Shown: one piece after another, positions 38,891 through 51,588 of the stretch
Numbering within the stretch: position 1 is the stretch's first letter
Layout: the number at the start of each line of letters is the position of its first letter
Assembly: GCA_008632985.1 (NCBI GenBank)
Contig: QPGO01000101.1
Coordinates: 186,001-250,000 of the forward strand
Direction of reading: 5' to 3'
Length of the DNA: 64,000 nucleotides
Origin: Psammoneis japonica
Taxonomy: Eukaryota
The notes under the pieces: model-generated
Seen by the model: the letters and a program-made list of their open reading frames with translations, nothing else
What the model was told of the DNA's origin: nothing
The model's database searches: none
Program-made: the position numbers and the translations under genes

Positions 38891-41549
38891 TCTGTGATGG
38901 CTGCGTTCGCATTTCTTGGTTTGTTGGTTGAAATCCATTTGACGTTGTGTGACGCATGTGCAGATTTCTGCGCAATGTGCTGATCTAATCGAAATGTTTG
39001 ATTTTACGAAATTTCCGCATTTTTGCAGTTGGGGTCGCCAAACAGTTGTGCAGTGGTTGAGCATCCTAATCTGATGTTTGCGCACTGCATCGATGTTTCT
39101 GCGCACTGTTGCTGAGAAAAATGCGTGGCGCTTCTCTCCTTCATGAGTCTTGTCAAGGCTTTGTAGCCTTCTGGGACCTTGCATTTTTGCAGGTCCTTGC
39201 TTGGTGGCTTTTGCATGAACAGCCCTTCTCTGGTCTTTGCTCTGGAGAGCACAACGTACACCCAATTCTGAGTGTAGCTCCAAGAGTGTACAAACAACTG
39301 CGGGACTCCACTCCCTTGCAGTTTGTGCCCTGCAGTGGCATTGTTGATAACAAACGGCAGCTGGGTTGCCTTCAGTTGGAAAGTGTGCCTTTGTTTGTCG
39401 CCTTCTTCTAAAATTAGGTTGGTCTTGGCGATGCAAGCCCTGAAAGTGTTTGTTTTTGGCTCAACTGAAAACTTCGCGGGGTCGATGCTTTTGTTGCAGT
39501 GTTCCAACACAACGTGGTCTACCTGACTGGCAAGTGCAGCAGGAATGCTGATGTTGTTGTCTAAAGTCACTGGTCTTGGTTCCTGTCCTGGTTTGAGAAC
39601 AACCTTGTCAACAGTGGCTTGCGTTCCGTTTGCTTGACCGTTTGCTGCATTTTCGTTGAAAGGTGTCATGACTCTGCATCTTCTGTAAATTCTTAAGACT
39701 GGATCCATTCTTCCTGATTGCATGATGACGTCTCCTTCACCACAGTTGTTCCAGAAGCCATTGCAAACCGGAAACGGTTGGCAGAGTCTCATGCCATTCT
39801 GCACCTGCAAGTCGTCACTGAAAATCAACATTGAGTCAAGGACGTTTCCATCTCTTCCATGCAGTGTTTCTACTCTTTTTTCGAATGGGCCAGTGTCAAC
39901 TGCATCTCTGTCCTTGTTTGCGCATGCAGCACAGCAGAGGTCACTGGGCAGATCATCTTTGTTCTGGACTGCTCGTTCGTTGATGTGCTGTGTCATCAAC
40001 TGCAATCTTGCCAGTGCGGAATCTCTTGAGCAGTTTTCCCCATGATGGATTGTTTCTAAACCTGTGCACACCACGAAGTTCTATGTGGCAGTTGATCCAC
40101 TCGTGAAACTCGGGACATGCATCTTTGCACAGTGGTTTCACTCCTTTTCCGACTGGCTCTAGTTGCCTGAGGTCACCTGCGAAAACAATGTTGACACCAC
40201 CGCATGGCTTGCTCAATTCGCTCTTCAACACTGTCAAATTCTCATGGAGTTTTTCCAGTTCTCTCTTGCTTGCAAAAGATGTCTCATCTGCCACCAAAAG
40301 TCTCGTGTCTGACCACGCTTCAATTTGCTCTTCGGTTGTTTGCTTTCTTCTCATGAGGCATGCAACTCAGTGGATTGTGTCCCCTTTGAGAATGGTTGCA
40401 GCCACTCCGGTCAGTGCAGTCATTCTGATTGTGCTTGTTGTAAACGGCTGCTCAACAAGCAAGCAATGCTCTCTTCCGCATTCCACGACAAGGTCTGTGG
40501 TGGTTGATTTGCCGCTTCCACCTGCACCATGTAAAAAACACACAAGTTGCAATGTTCCACGTCTTTGCACTTCCACGAGTTTCTTCAATCGGCAAAGGTT
40601 TGTTGCGAATTCATGTCTGCCATTTCTCCTGTTGGGTCCATTGCGTGACATGTCATCTTGAAGAGCGTCTTGGGCAGCAAGTGAGCACAAAGGTTCCTGC
40701 TAGAATTTCAAAGGCACGCTGCTGTTGCCCATCCAGCCTTGCTTTCCCAGCCCAGTCTACAATGCTTGCTGCAGATCCGTTTGCTTGCCGCACATCGACA
40801 TGTTCTTCCAAACCTGTTGCGTCCTCAAACGACCTTCTTGTTCTTTGCGTTCTAGTCAGCACAACTCGAACAATGTCGTCTCTTGACAGAGGTCTGCTGT
40901 GGATGTCTTGTTGCACTCCTTCATTCTGGTCTTTCTCATCGGTGTCATCGCCGCCCTCTAGATTCTCAAAAAGTTGTCGTTCATCAACCTGGCTTTCCTC
41001 ATTTGGTGGGTCAGTGTGCGTGTCTGCCAAGCATTTGCAACCACCCATGTGTGAACCTTTCTGCCTTGCACGTTCACCACTCAAATGCACAGGAACAACT
41101 GCTTGGTCGCTCAACCCAATGTCAGCGTCTTCTGGCTGCTCTGCCATTTCTTCCAAGAGTGCATCCAGCAGTTGACCCTGAATGGCGCCTGAAAGACCTT
41201 CTTCCTTGTCACTTTCGCAACAGTCAAATGCAACGTCAGCAGGTTTAAATTGCTCCGTCTTTCTTTGCAGCTCGTCAGATGTGCTTTTGAGACGAAGGCA
41301 GTTGGACTTAGCATCCTGTGGGTTCTGCAAGAAGTTCAAGTTTTCCTCTGCAACAACACCGGCTGCTGCGGAGAGTTGGAATTCATGCAGGTGTGCATGG
41401 GTTGTTGGTTTGAGTTCCGTCATTGTTCTGCAAGGCGCAAACAAGGCCAATGCCAACTTGCAGTGCAATTCTTTGTCCAGCATTGTTGGTTGCTGTGGAT
41501 CCATGAGGCAACCACCAAACTTGGCTGCATCAGGAAAATCACGCTGAAG

Positions 41550-41928
41550 TGCAACATGCGTTGTCATGTGCGCATTGTGTGTGCATGTCCACATGTTAAA
41601 TAAAAGTGTGTTTCAATCGCACGTCAATCGTGGGTTCGTACGAAGTGCAGATCAGTCACACAGAAGTGATCGGATGTGGAGAATCGCAAATGCGATCGTA
41701 CGATGATGTTGACATCTCATGTGTCAATGTCAATCGCATCCGGACAATCTGTCGTCACGATCACATTCTCCGAAAGGCCTTTTGTCTGCAGGAGCAGTGC
41801 AAAAGGTTTGGGCTGTTGAGAACCCGTTCGGAGAAACCCAAAATGATTGCGCAGAAATAATTCTCATAATTTTCACCTTTTGAACTTCGTTCTACTTTCA
41901 TTTGCACTCGTTCTTCGAGCACAGTGCA
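41550..41928 (+). repeat. Gypsy 5' LTR
   Basis: Matches 46325-46703. Confidence 0.95.
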
Positions 41929-41964
41929 TTGTGTGTACACACCACAGAAGGCAATGAGTTCAAG

Positions 41965-43119
41965 ATGAAGCTTTCACCTCATGCAGCCAACGCCAAAACT
42001 TCGTTAAGGCAGGAGAAAATCGTCCCTCAACCGCTGGAATCGAACTCCGAGCCGAAGAGCCTCAAACCGAGCCAGCACCTCAAGATGGAGCAACGTTTTC
42101 ATCCCGAGAAGAAGGATGGCCGCACCTGCACCATCAATGTTGAGCACTGCAAGAAACAAGGTGTCCCCAAGTTCATCAAATTTCTCAAGAGCTACGATCA
42201 ACTTCCAGTGGGCCAGAACATCAGGAAGCAATCTGACAAGTTTCGTCTCATGCGCATGTTGCTCCAAGGAGATGCTCTGCGTGCTTTCGAGAATGCGGCA
42301 GCAAACCTTGAAGACGAATCTGCGGAAGGAAGCTTCGAGAAATGCCTGCAACATCTCACGAGGCATGTGTTTCCCAAGAACGCACTTTCGGTGCAGAAAC
42401 GTCATTTGCGTCGTGATCTCAAGAAGCCGGAGTCCATGAAAGTGCGCGAAATTGCTGCTTGGGTCCAGGAAGTCAACGAAGATCTCAAGTTCTGTCCCCC
42501 CTTTGGGAAGGAACAGAAGATCGAGGACGACGAGCTCAAGGACATCCTCTTCAACCTTGCACCTCGTAAGTGGCAGCGTCAGTCGACCGTCCAGGGTTTC
42601 GAAATTTTGAAACACACCCATGACGAGTTGGTTGAGTTCTTGGAGCGCCCAGAGGTCGCAGAAGACACATTTGATGGCATTCATGCCAAGGCTGATGGCA
42701 GTGGCGGTGCTGCATCAAAAGCCAAGAGTGGTTCCCAACGTGGTTCCAAAAATGGTCACCAACATGGTGCCGAAAAATCTCAGTCCGAGAAGTGGTGCAT
42801 TTCATGCGAGAAATCCACTCATGACACGGACAAGTGCTGGTCGATCAAAAGACTTGCGAAAGAACGCCGTGGGAACTGTGAACCTGACCCGAAACGGCGC
42901 CGTTCAAATGGCAATCGCACGTGGTCTCGTCGCGACAACGATGACGCCGCTTGCAAAGAAGAGTTGAATGCTGTGGCGATCCAAGCAGTTCAAAAAATGC
43001 TCAAAGCGAGTTCTTCGAACAATGACAAAAAACACAAGAGCAAAGATTGTGATTCTGACACCCTTGACGAGGAAAATCATCAGTTTGAAAAAATGACGCG
43101 CAGTGATTCTGAGGAATGA
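41965..43119 (+). pseudogene. Gypsy gag
   Basis: LLQGDALRAFE, VFPKNALSVQKRHLRR, and a zinc-knuckle-like CISCEKSTHDTDKC. Confidence 0.85.
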
Positions 43120-46100
43120 CTTGCACCGCAAGAGGAGTCTTGCGCTCTGCTGGATGTTAGGAAGCCCAGAAAAAGGGCCAAAGTAATTCATGCTAGTCCA
43201 GCAGTCGTCGCCCATGTGAACACTTCATTGGGCAAGGCGAAAAACAAGCCTCTGCGCGTTCTCCTCGACAGCGGAACATCGTCAACCATAATTTTGCGCA
43301 AATTCACGCGGAAACTCAGAACAAAAGCATCCGCCACCAAACTCTGGGAAACCAAAGGAGGGCTCTTCACGACTGACAGTCGATGTAAGATCCAATTCTC
43401 CTCACCCGAATTTGACAAACACAAGATGATTGAAACAACGGCACATGTTGACAACTCCCCTTCTTCTTCGAGTCGTCATGACATGATCATGGGACGCGAC
43501 TTAATGTCAAGTCTTGGGACAACATTGGACTTCTCGAATGAAGAGATTAAATGGGAAGATGCAACTGCTCCCATGAAGAATGTTGATGCACTCTTCGATG
43601 CCGATGTTTTTAAGTTGATTGCCGATCACATTGAGGAATCTCATGCAGTGACCAGTCTTAATGACAGGGTCAATCGGATCCTTGACTCAGACTGTCACGC
43701 TGCAAACCTCAACAATGTGACCGCAGCAGCTGCTCATCTAACTCCTGAAGAGTGGAAGCAGCTGAACTTCCTCTTAAAAAGATTTGAAAACCTTTTCGAT
43801 GGTTCTCCAGGCAAATGGACCGGGAAACCGGTGGATTTAAAGTTGAAATCGGGCGTGAGTCCACATCATGCCAAACCATTTCCCATGCCACAAGCCTTGG
43901 AGGCAACTGCTTGTAAGGAGGTTGAAAGACTGTGCAAGTTGAAAGTCTCAAGAAAAACAAATTGTTCTGAATGGGTGGCTCCAACCTTTATTCAACCCAA
44001 GAAAAATGGTGGAGTTCGGTTCTTGTCCAACTTTCGTGAGCCAAATAAGAGGTTAATTCGCACTCCGTTTCCTCCACCCAACATTCAGGATGTGCCACAG
44101 AAGCGCGAAGGCTTCATGCATGCAACGTCCCTAGATTTAAACATGGAATGCTGTCATGTCAAATTGATGCCGCGTGCACATCGCTTGTGCACAATCGTCA
44201 TGCCTTGGGGCAAATGTGAGTGCTGTAGACTCCCGATGGGAATCTGTGGAGCTCCAGACATTTTCCAAGAGCACATGAGTGAGCTCATGGCAGGTCTGGA
44301 GTTCGTCAGAACTTACATTGACGATGTGTTGTGTCTTGCAAAAGGTGATTTTCAAGACCACCTCCAGAAGCTTGAAACGGTGTTCTTGCGCCTAGAACAA
44401 GCCGGGTTGAAGGTCAACGCCGAGAAGTCCTTTTTCGCTAAACCCGAAGCAGACTATCTGGGCTTTCACATCACCCGCAAGGGCATCAGTCCGATTCCAA
44501 AAAAAAGTAGAAGCGATTCACGCGATCGCAACTCCTAAAACTCGCAAGGAATTGCGACGCTTTATCGGCATGATCAACCACTGTTGAGACATGTGGCCTT
44601 GACGATCTCATGTTTTAGCTCCTTTGGCCAAACTCACTTCTACCCAAGTAAAGTGGCAATGGACCGAAACAGAACAAAAAGCCTTCAAAAACATGAAGCG
44701 CATCATCTCCAAAGACATGCTGTCATCATGCCCGAATTTTAACATGCCCTTTGAGACATGTGCCGATGCCAGCAATTCTCAATTGGGGGCGGTCATTGCT
44801 CAGAAAAACCGACCAATTGCCTTCTACAGCCGCAAGCTGAATGGAGCGCAAACGCGTTACACTGCAACAGAAAAAGAACCACTGTCCACAGTGGAGACGT
44901 TAAAAGAGTTCCGCAATGTGCTGTTTGGCCAACAGATGAACATGCACACGGATCACAAAAATCTCACACACAAAATTTCACAACGGACAGAGTCATGCGT
45001 TGGCGTCTGATGATGGAAGAATGCAGTCCCAAAACAATGTGCCTTGAGGGCAAGGCAAATGTTGTCGCAGATGCGATTGGCCGACTTGCTGTGAAGAAAA
45101 TAGAACCTGTGGAAACCCTCAGCACAGAAGAGCCAGCTGAAAAGGTCCTGCCAAAATCCTGCGACAATGTCGTTCCGTTAAATTACAAAGTTCTTGATTG
45201 TGAACAAAAACGGGACAAAGACATTCTCTCCCAATTGTCAAATGAGACGTTTCATGCAAAGACTTTTCGTGGAGACGAGCGAGACCGGTTGCTCACATGT
45301 CACAAGGACAAAATTGTCGTCCCGAGGACGTTGCAAAAGGCAGTGATAGATTGGTGTCATGCGCACCTTCTTCACCCTGGCATAAATCGAACAGAAGAAA
45401 CAATCTCACAACACCTGTGGTGGTCCACCTTGCGTGAAGACATGCGAAAATACGTGTCGAGATGTGAGACGTGCCAAAAATTCAAAAAGAAACACAAGAA
45501 ATGTGGACATTTACCTCCCAAGTGCGCAGAATCCACACCATGGGAATGACTGTGTGTGGACCTTGTTGGGCCATACAAAACACGTCGCAAGGGAAAGAAA
45601 AAACCCCTGGTCCTGAAATGTTTGACTGTGATTGATCCAGCAACCGGATGGTTTGAAGTTTTGGAAATCCCAAACAAGGAGTCCACAACTGCAGCTGGAC
45701 TGCTAGAACGAACATGGTCAAGCAGATGTCCTTGGCCATCGTCAATCACATGTGACCGTGGAAGTGAGTTCATCGGACACCAATTTAGAGAAATGGTGCA
45801 AGATGATTGTGGCATTGAAGTCAAGCCCACAACTGCACGAAATCCACAAGCAAACGCAGTTGTTGAACGCGCACATCAAGTGCTGGGGAACATGCTCCGT
45901 GCACTTGATTTGCAACATGCACCTCTAGATGCTGAGGATCCTTTTGCTGGAATGCTGTCAGCGGCAGCGTTTGCGGCACGTTCTGCGCACCAGGACAACT
46001 GGTCTTCAATGGAGACATGATGTTTGATGTCCAACATGTCGCAGACTGGAAATTGGTCCAGCAGCAAAAACAAGAAATCACAAATAAAAATGACGCTCGA

Positions 46101-46298
46101 GAGAATGCTTGACGCACTCCTCACACGTTCAGAGCAGGAGAAAAGACACCACTCAAGAAAGACTCGCAAAAATTAGAACAGCCCCATGTTGGACCGCATG
46201 TGGTGACAACGGTGCACACCAATGGCACAGCACAGATCAAACGCGGTAACGTCATTGACGCTGTCAACATTCGTCGAACAATGCCGTTTAACGACTGA
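43120..46298 (+). pseudogene. Gypsy pol (PR-RT-RNaseH-IN), frameshifted and mutated
   Basis: LLDSGTS protease; RT RLPMG and TYIDDV; RNase H DASNSQLGAV, TDHKNL; integrase HLLHPG...CETCQ, DRGSEF, NPQANAVVER. Confidence 0.93.
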
Positions 46299-46324
46299 CT
46301 CTAATGTGCAGTTGGGGAGGTGAA

Positions 46325-46703
46325 TGCAACATGCGTTGTCATGTGCATGTTGTGTGTGCATGTCTGTGTGTTAAATAAAAGCACATTTCAATTGCACGTC
46401 AATCGTGGGTTCGTACGAAGCACAGATCAGTCACACAGAAGTGATCGGATGTCGAGAATCGCAAATGCGATCGTACGATGATGTTGACATCTTGTCTGTC
46501 AATGTCAATCGCATCCGGACAATCTGTCGTCACGATCACATTCTCCAAAAGGCCTTTTGTCTGCAGGAGCAGTGCAAAAGGTTTGGGCTGTTGAGAACCC
46601 GTTCGGAGAAACCCAAAATGATTGCGCAGAAATAATTCTCACAATTTTCACCTTTTGAACTTCGTTCTACTTTCGTTTGCACTCGTTCTTCGAGCACAGT
46701 GCA
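46325..46703 (+). repeat. Gypsy 3' LTR
   Basis: Matches 41550-41928. Confidence 0.95.
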
Positions 46704-47786
46704 GAAGTGCTTTTGACAATCGCGGTTGCTGCCGCTGTCTGACACCTTGAAGAAACTTGTTCTTCGTTGAATTGCAAGACGGGTGCCTGTGCGCTCTGTT
46801 GTTGAACATCATCATGCCGTGTTCATTTTTCCTTGTGTTGCAAAGAACTTCGTGTTCACTGAAAAATGCAAACGGACTGAGATTCTCCAGTGCTGTTGGA
46901 CGACATGGGTGGTGCAAGGCCTGGCATTGGAAGAACGGTGCATTGCCAAAACAGGCTACAGTCGCAGACACTTCGTCTCTTTCTAGTGTGCTGACAATGT
47001 CTTTCAAGGGGCACCATGTGGTCAAATGAGATTCGATGAAACGGCTTCCATTCCTTGTTGTGTAAGACGCAAGTGGTGGTCCAATGACGTTCGTCTTGTC
47101 ATGCAAGCAAGCACCCCATGTGAGACGTCTGATTGCTTCTGATGCATCAGATGCGTGTTTCCGTAATTCCATTGCTGTCCTGTTCGTAGTTCGAAGCACT
47201 TTGTCGTACGATGCAGCATCATCTTTCTGGGTGTCTTTTAGGATGCACTCAATCGTGTGTTGAGCAGACGGTCCAGGCATCAACAAAGCAATGTTTGTGT
47301 TGCATGTCAGTTTTGATCTGCTTGTTGCAGGGCACGACACGCTTTGAAAAGCATCGCACTTTCTCCTCTTTGGAACGACTTCCTTCACGCACCGATGCGC
47401 AAAAGTTCCATCCCAGCTGAACCACTTTGTCTGAGTGTCATCTGCATTCCTTGTCAAATTGTTTGGACACAAAGCAGCTGGTTGCCTGTGACGGCAGTCA
47501 CCCAGTTTGAGCTCTTCTCGTTTCCTTTTCCTTGACTGCGTGTCCAGTTCCTCGTGTGGGGTTTTTTTACGCATTTTACATGACTCTGCACATTTGGGAA
47601 AACACAACTTCGTAACGTGCATGTGATGGTTGTAAGCTGCGTCCGGTGTGTGTGCCTCCATTGTCCCTTGCAGACCACTTCACTGGTGTTGTGCACACAT
47701 TGCTTTTAGCTGCTTTGCATGGTCATCTGGACAGCGAGTCAGGCCAGGTGCACGGTGCTGTGACTGTAAAAAGCTTTCTACAAACT

Positions 47787-47918
47787 CGACGTTTGTCCAG
47801 TGCTTGGTGCAGTGACAACAACAAGCAAACATCCCGTTCTTTGACTGCTGGCCGACGTTTGTCCAGTGCTTGGTGCAGTGACAACAACAAGCAAACATCC
47901 CGTTCTTTGACTGCTGGC
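47787..47918. repeat. Perfect 66-bp tandem duplication within Helitron Rep
   Basis: CGACGTTTGTCCAGTGCTTGG...GACTGCTGGC twice (GQQSKNGMFACCCHCTKHWTNV x2). Confidence 0.95.
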
Positions 47919-50029
47919 CGTCTTTGTGCCTCAGGTTTCTTAGCTGTTGGTTGTCTGCTGCTTTTGGAGAGGTGCAACACATTTTTGGCACTGCACAGTC
48001 ATGATCAAATGCTTTGCGTAACGCGTCAGTGCTGAAGTCCTCGCAGCAGATTAATTCCATGCTGCAGATCTTCTGAACTGTGTTGGTGAGGTGCTCAGCA
48101 CCTTTGCGTTGGATCTGTCTTGTTGGCGAATGCAGTTTCTCTCTTGCGTTGTTGATTGATGCGAACCAGATCTGCATGTGTCCGTGTGCTGTCAGACGTC
48201 CCTGCTCCTCAACTGCAGCTAAAAATGCGGCTTGCCCGCCAACGTGGAAGTTAAAGTTTTCTCTTGGTTGGTTGGCACTCAGATCCCAACCCACTGCCTC
48301 TTCGATTGCAATGTCAAACAAGCACTCGAATGCAAAGGCTGTTAGACTGGGAAACTTTAGACACAGTTCATTACGTTGCTTGGCCCTGCCAGCAAGAATT
48401 TCATCCGTCAGTTGTGTCACGTCTTCGTTTGGGTCCAGGATGACACCCGAGTGCTGCAGTTGCACAAGAAACAAGTTTGCATCGTCCGGACTGACGGTTA
48501 AGAAAATGCCACCCTGACCAAAGTGATGCTGATGAGTTTCGGCGTTTCTCCTCATTTTCTTTGGCAGAGACACAGACACAACGTCGAGTGCGCGCAAAAA
48601 GTGGTGCCCGAGTCCACAATCTCTTCTCTCGCCCAAGTTGCAATCACAAACAGCTCTGTCCACATCGTCCACTGTCAGTTCGTTTGCAAACTGTGCAGCC
48701 TGCTTCTTGTCCCTGACTTTCCACCCTGCGCTCTGCAGCATCCTTTGCTTCATTGTCAAGTTGTGGCATGTTAACACGAAGAGCTGCTTGTGGAAGTGAG
48801 GCTGGGAAATCCGTGCCAAGTGGTTGGCACAGTGTGCAAGGTTGGTGCCATCTGTGAGACTTCCGTCTTTCTTCATTCTCGTCTCATTGATTCCTCCTCT
48901 GCCAAAAGGAAACTGCAGCAGACATGCGTCAATTAAGTTGTTGCCTTTGAAATCACTCGCAGATTCTTTGGACAACTGTGCTTGCACCTCTAAATCAAAT
49001 CCATTGGCAGTGGCTTCGTGTGCAAGATCTTTGAAGCAGTCCAGGTTGCGCTGACCACCGGTCGCAGGAGACATGGTTCCATCAGGAAAGCAAATGTGAA
49101 ATGACTCTGAGGTCTCAACATTTGCATTTTCTCCTTCTTCACTGGTGCTGTCGACAAGCACGGGATTCCGCAGATTATGCCTGGCTTTGTCTAGATTTGT
49201 CTGTTGGCACACCCACTCTTGGTCATGGTGCAACAGCCATTCCATCGCCCTCAGCATGTGGTGCATCCTAATTCTTTTCTTTGAACGCGCAAGTTGTCTT
49301 TGCTCCAGAGTCATCTTTCCAGTCATCAGTGCAATCACATTCTGATGTAAATTCAGCACATCGAAGTGCACAACAGTTCTTACGATGCTTTGTGTCTTGA
49401 CTTTGTAGTGTGTCAGACTTCCCTGAAGCTTCTTCTGTTTGCCGCCAAGGCAACTGAAGCAGCACCCGCATTTTTTCACTGGCGTGAGCATTGCCAGTTC
49501 TACTTCAGTTAGAGACAACAGTTTGTGCGGCGGGGCACCAAAACAGCAGTTGTTTGCCATCACGTACATTGGCGTGACGGCTCTTCCCAGGCTTCTTTGG
49601 CATTTGCTGCAGCAAGTGAATCCATCGGCGCGTCGTCTGTCTTCCTGCACTGCGCATTGGGCGTGGGGAGAAAGTGGCAGGGCTTTGATCCAATCAGCAC
49701 CTTCATGCTCTACAGTGCAACAGGACTTGAGATGATCAGATGCGCTGTTCCAGTCTGAAGGGGTGAGCAAGTTTCTTGCTGATTCCAATGTTTCGAGTGG
49801 CAAGTGGCAAACTTCTCTAGGTTTCAGCAGAACGTCACAGACTGAACATGCGTGTGGCCTAAATTCTCCATCTCTGTGTAGATGAAGCATCTCAAACTTT
49901 CTGTTGATTGCATTGCAAACACGGGAGTCGGCCTCGTCCATCTTAATTTAAGCTGTCACTTTAACTCAACAAGTTTCAAGAAGTTGCTCAGTGAAAACAG
50001 TTGTTTTTTCAGTGCGATCACCGTGAAGC

Positions 50030-50760
50030 TGTGATCGGTGCCATCCGATCACCACAGCGATGTGTGTTTTCTCACCACCTGTGCAATCAGGTTGCTGTGA
50101 GCACTGCGACTGGTGTCGTCCAGTCACTGCAGTGGTTCTGTCTAGTTGATCAACGAACTGCGTCGGTGCTGTCCATTCACCATGGTGCTGTGTCGTCTTC
50201 TCACAACCTGTGCAATCAGGTTGCTGTGAGAGCTGCGACTGGTGTCATCCAGTCACTGCAGCCAAGTAGTTAGTTGCTTGACAAACTGCTTCGGTGCCAT
50301 CCGATCACCGCAGCGTTGTTTCGTGTTCTCACAACCTGTGTGATCAGGTCTCTGTGAGAGCTGCGACTGGTGTCGTCCAGTCACTGCAGCTGAGCTTGTG
50401 CGTTGTCTCACAACCTACGTTGTGAGGTGCAGCGTGTCGTCCAGTCACCGCAGCTGAGCTTGCGCGTTGTCTCACAACCTACGTTGCGAGGTGCAGCGCT
50501 GTTTTGTTTGCTCACAACCTGTGCAATCAGGTTGCTGTGAGTGCAGCGACTGGTGCTGTCCAGTCACCGCAGCCAAGTTAATCAGTTGCTTGACGAACTG
50601 CGTTGGTGCCACCCGATCACCGCAGCGATGTGTTGTGTTCTCACAACCTGTGCGTTCAGGTCACTGTGAGAGCTGCGACTGGTGTCGTCCAGTCACTGCA
50701 GCTGAGCTTGTGCGTCATCTCACAACCTGCGTCACTGGGTCACTGTGAGAACTGAGAACT
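50030..50760. repeat. Minisatellite-like array (about 120-bp degenerate unit) upstream of RepHel
   Basis: Core CTCAC(A/C)ACCTGTG...CAGG...TGTGAG...GCGACTGGTG...CCAGTCAC(T/C)GCAG recurs about five times, plus partial units. Confidence 0.9.
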
Positions 50761-51588
50761 GCAATCGGTGTGGTCCAATCACCGCAGTTGGATGCTTTTT
50801 GTTTCCCTTTGCGCAAAGGTTCTGGCACAAAAAAGTGAGACGAAAGTGTGCCTCTTTCCCCCAGCAGAAGAGTGACGTGTGCGTTCCTCCCACGTCCTTC
50901 TTTGTTCCAAACGCACGACACCCTGCTCAGTTTTGTCGACGTTGAACATCCCATGGGATGAGATTTGGATCTTGCTCAAGTTGTTTCAGCCATCTGCTCT
51001 GAACATTCCATGGGGCAAGATTCGGATCTTGTTCAAGTTGTTTCGGCAATCTTGGTGGTGGGTGCAGCTTTGCGTAAATTCCACAAAATTGTGCTTTAAC
51101 AAGTTGCGGGGCAGTTGAGTCAGTCGTGTGGCAATGACAATGCGATTGACGTCATTCGTGTTTCCAAAGCGCGCGCGAATCCTCCAAATGGGTGATGGGC
51201 CCACCTTAGCCAGCCACCGGCACAGCAGTGACAGCGATGGCATCGACCGTTTGGCGACTAGATTTCATGCGCGATGGCCGCGCGGCAGCAACGGCTGAAA
51301 CACACACGAAGCACGGACGGAATTGCACATGATTCTGCGCATTTTCAGCAAACTGACTGCGACTTTGCATGCTCCGATCCTTGCATCTGTGAGGTTCAAA
51401 TTGAATCCATGCACCACTTGCAAGTGCTGACACCTGGAAGGTCAGCTTGTTGCAGTTTGACGTGTTTGGATCTAGTTGCTGATGTTGCCAGTTCTCCTTG
51501 GCATGATGCACGCAGCTCTGCTGGGTCTTTCTTGGCACTTCTGAACGATGGCACTTTTTGTTCCCTCAATTTCTCTCCGACTGATTTG

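Larger units (their letters stand above)
41550..46703 (+). mobile_element. Full-length Ty3/gypsy LTR retrotransposon nested in the Helitron
   Basis: Two 379-bp TG...CA LTRs, 4-bp TSD GAAG (41546-41549 and 46704-46707), PPT GGGGAGG before the 3' LTR, and order gag-PR-RT-RH-IN. Confidence 0.97.
38990..49941 (-). mobile_element. Helitron Rep/helicase (RepHel) gene, inactivated and interrupted by a gypsy element
   Basis: N-terminal Cys clusters, LLQFPFGRGG, Rep motifs FLTVSPDD and VEEQGRLTAHGHMQIW (HUH); PIF1-like helicase LHGAGGSGKS, ALTGVAAT, VADETSF, GGVNIVFAGDLRQLEPV, ATAGHKLQG, WVYVVLSR. Element termini not located. Confidence 0.92.

Noticed and set aside
4031..46703. Classical RIP or CpG deamination as the main cause of CA/TG differences
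   Set aside because: Both are C->T and would raise TpA or consume CpG. Young TEs here keep CpG and lose TpA, and protein motifs polarise the change away from TA.
4330..49941. Alternative genetic code or RNA editing as the explanation for Tyr->Cys/His
   Set aside because: Non-coding LTRs and synonymous positions are affected too, copies differ from each other, and neighbouring host genes use Tyr normally.
50030..50760. CRISPR-like array
   Set aside because: Units are degenerate tandem repeats without unique spacers; eukaryotic context; no cas genes.
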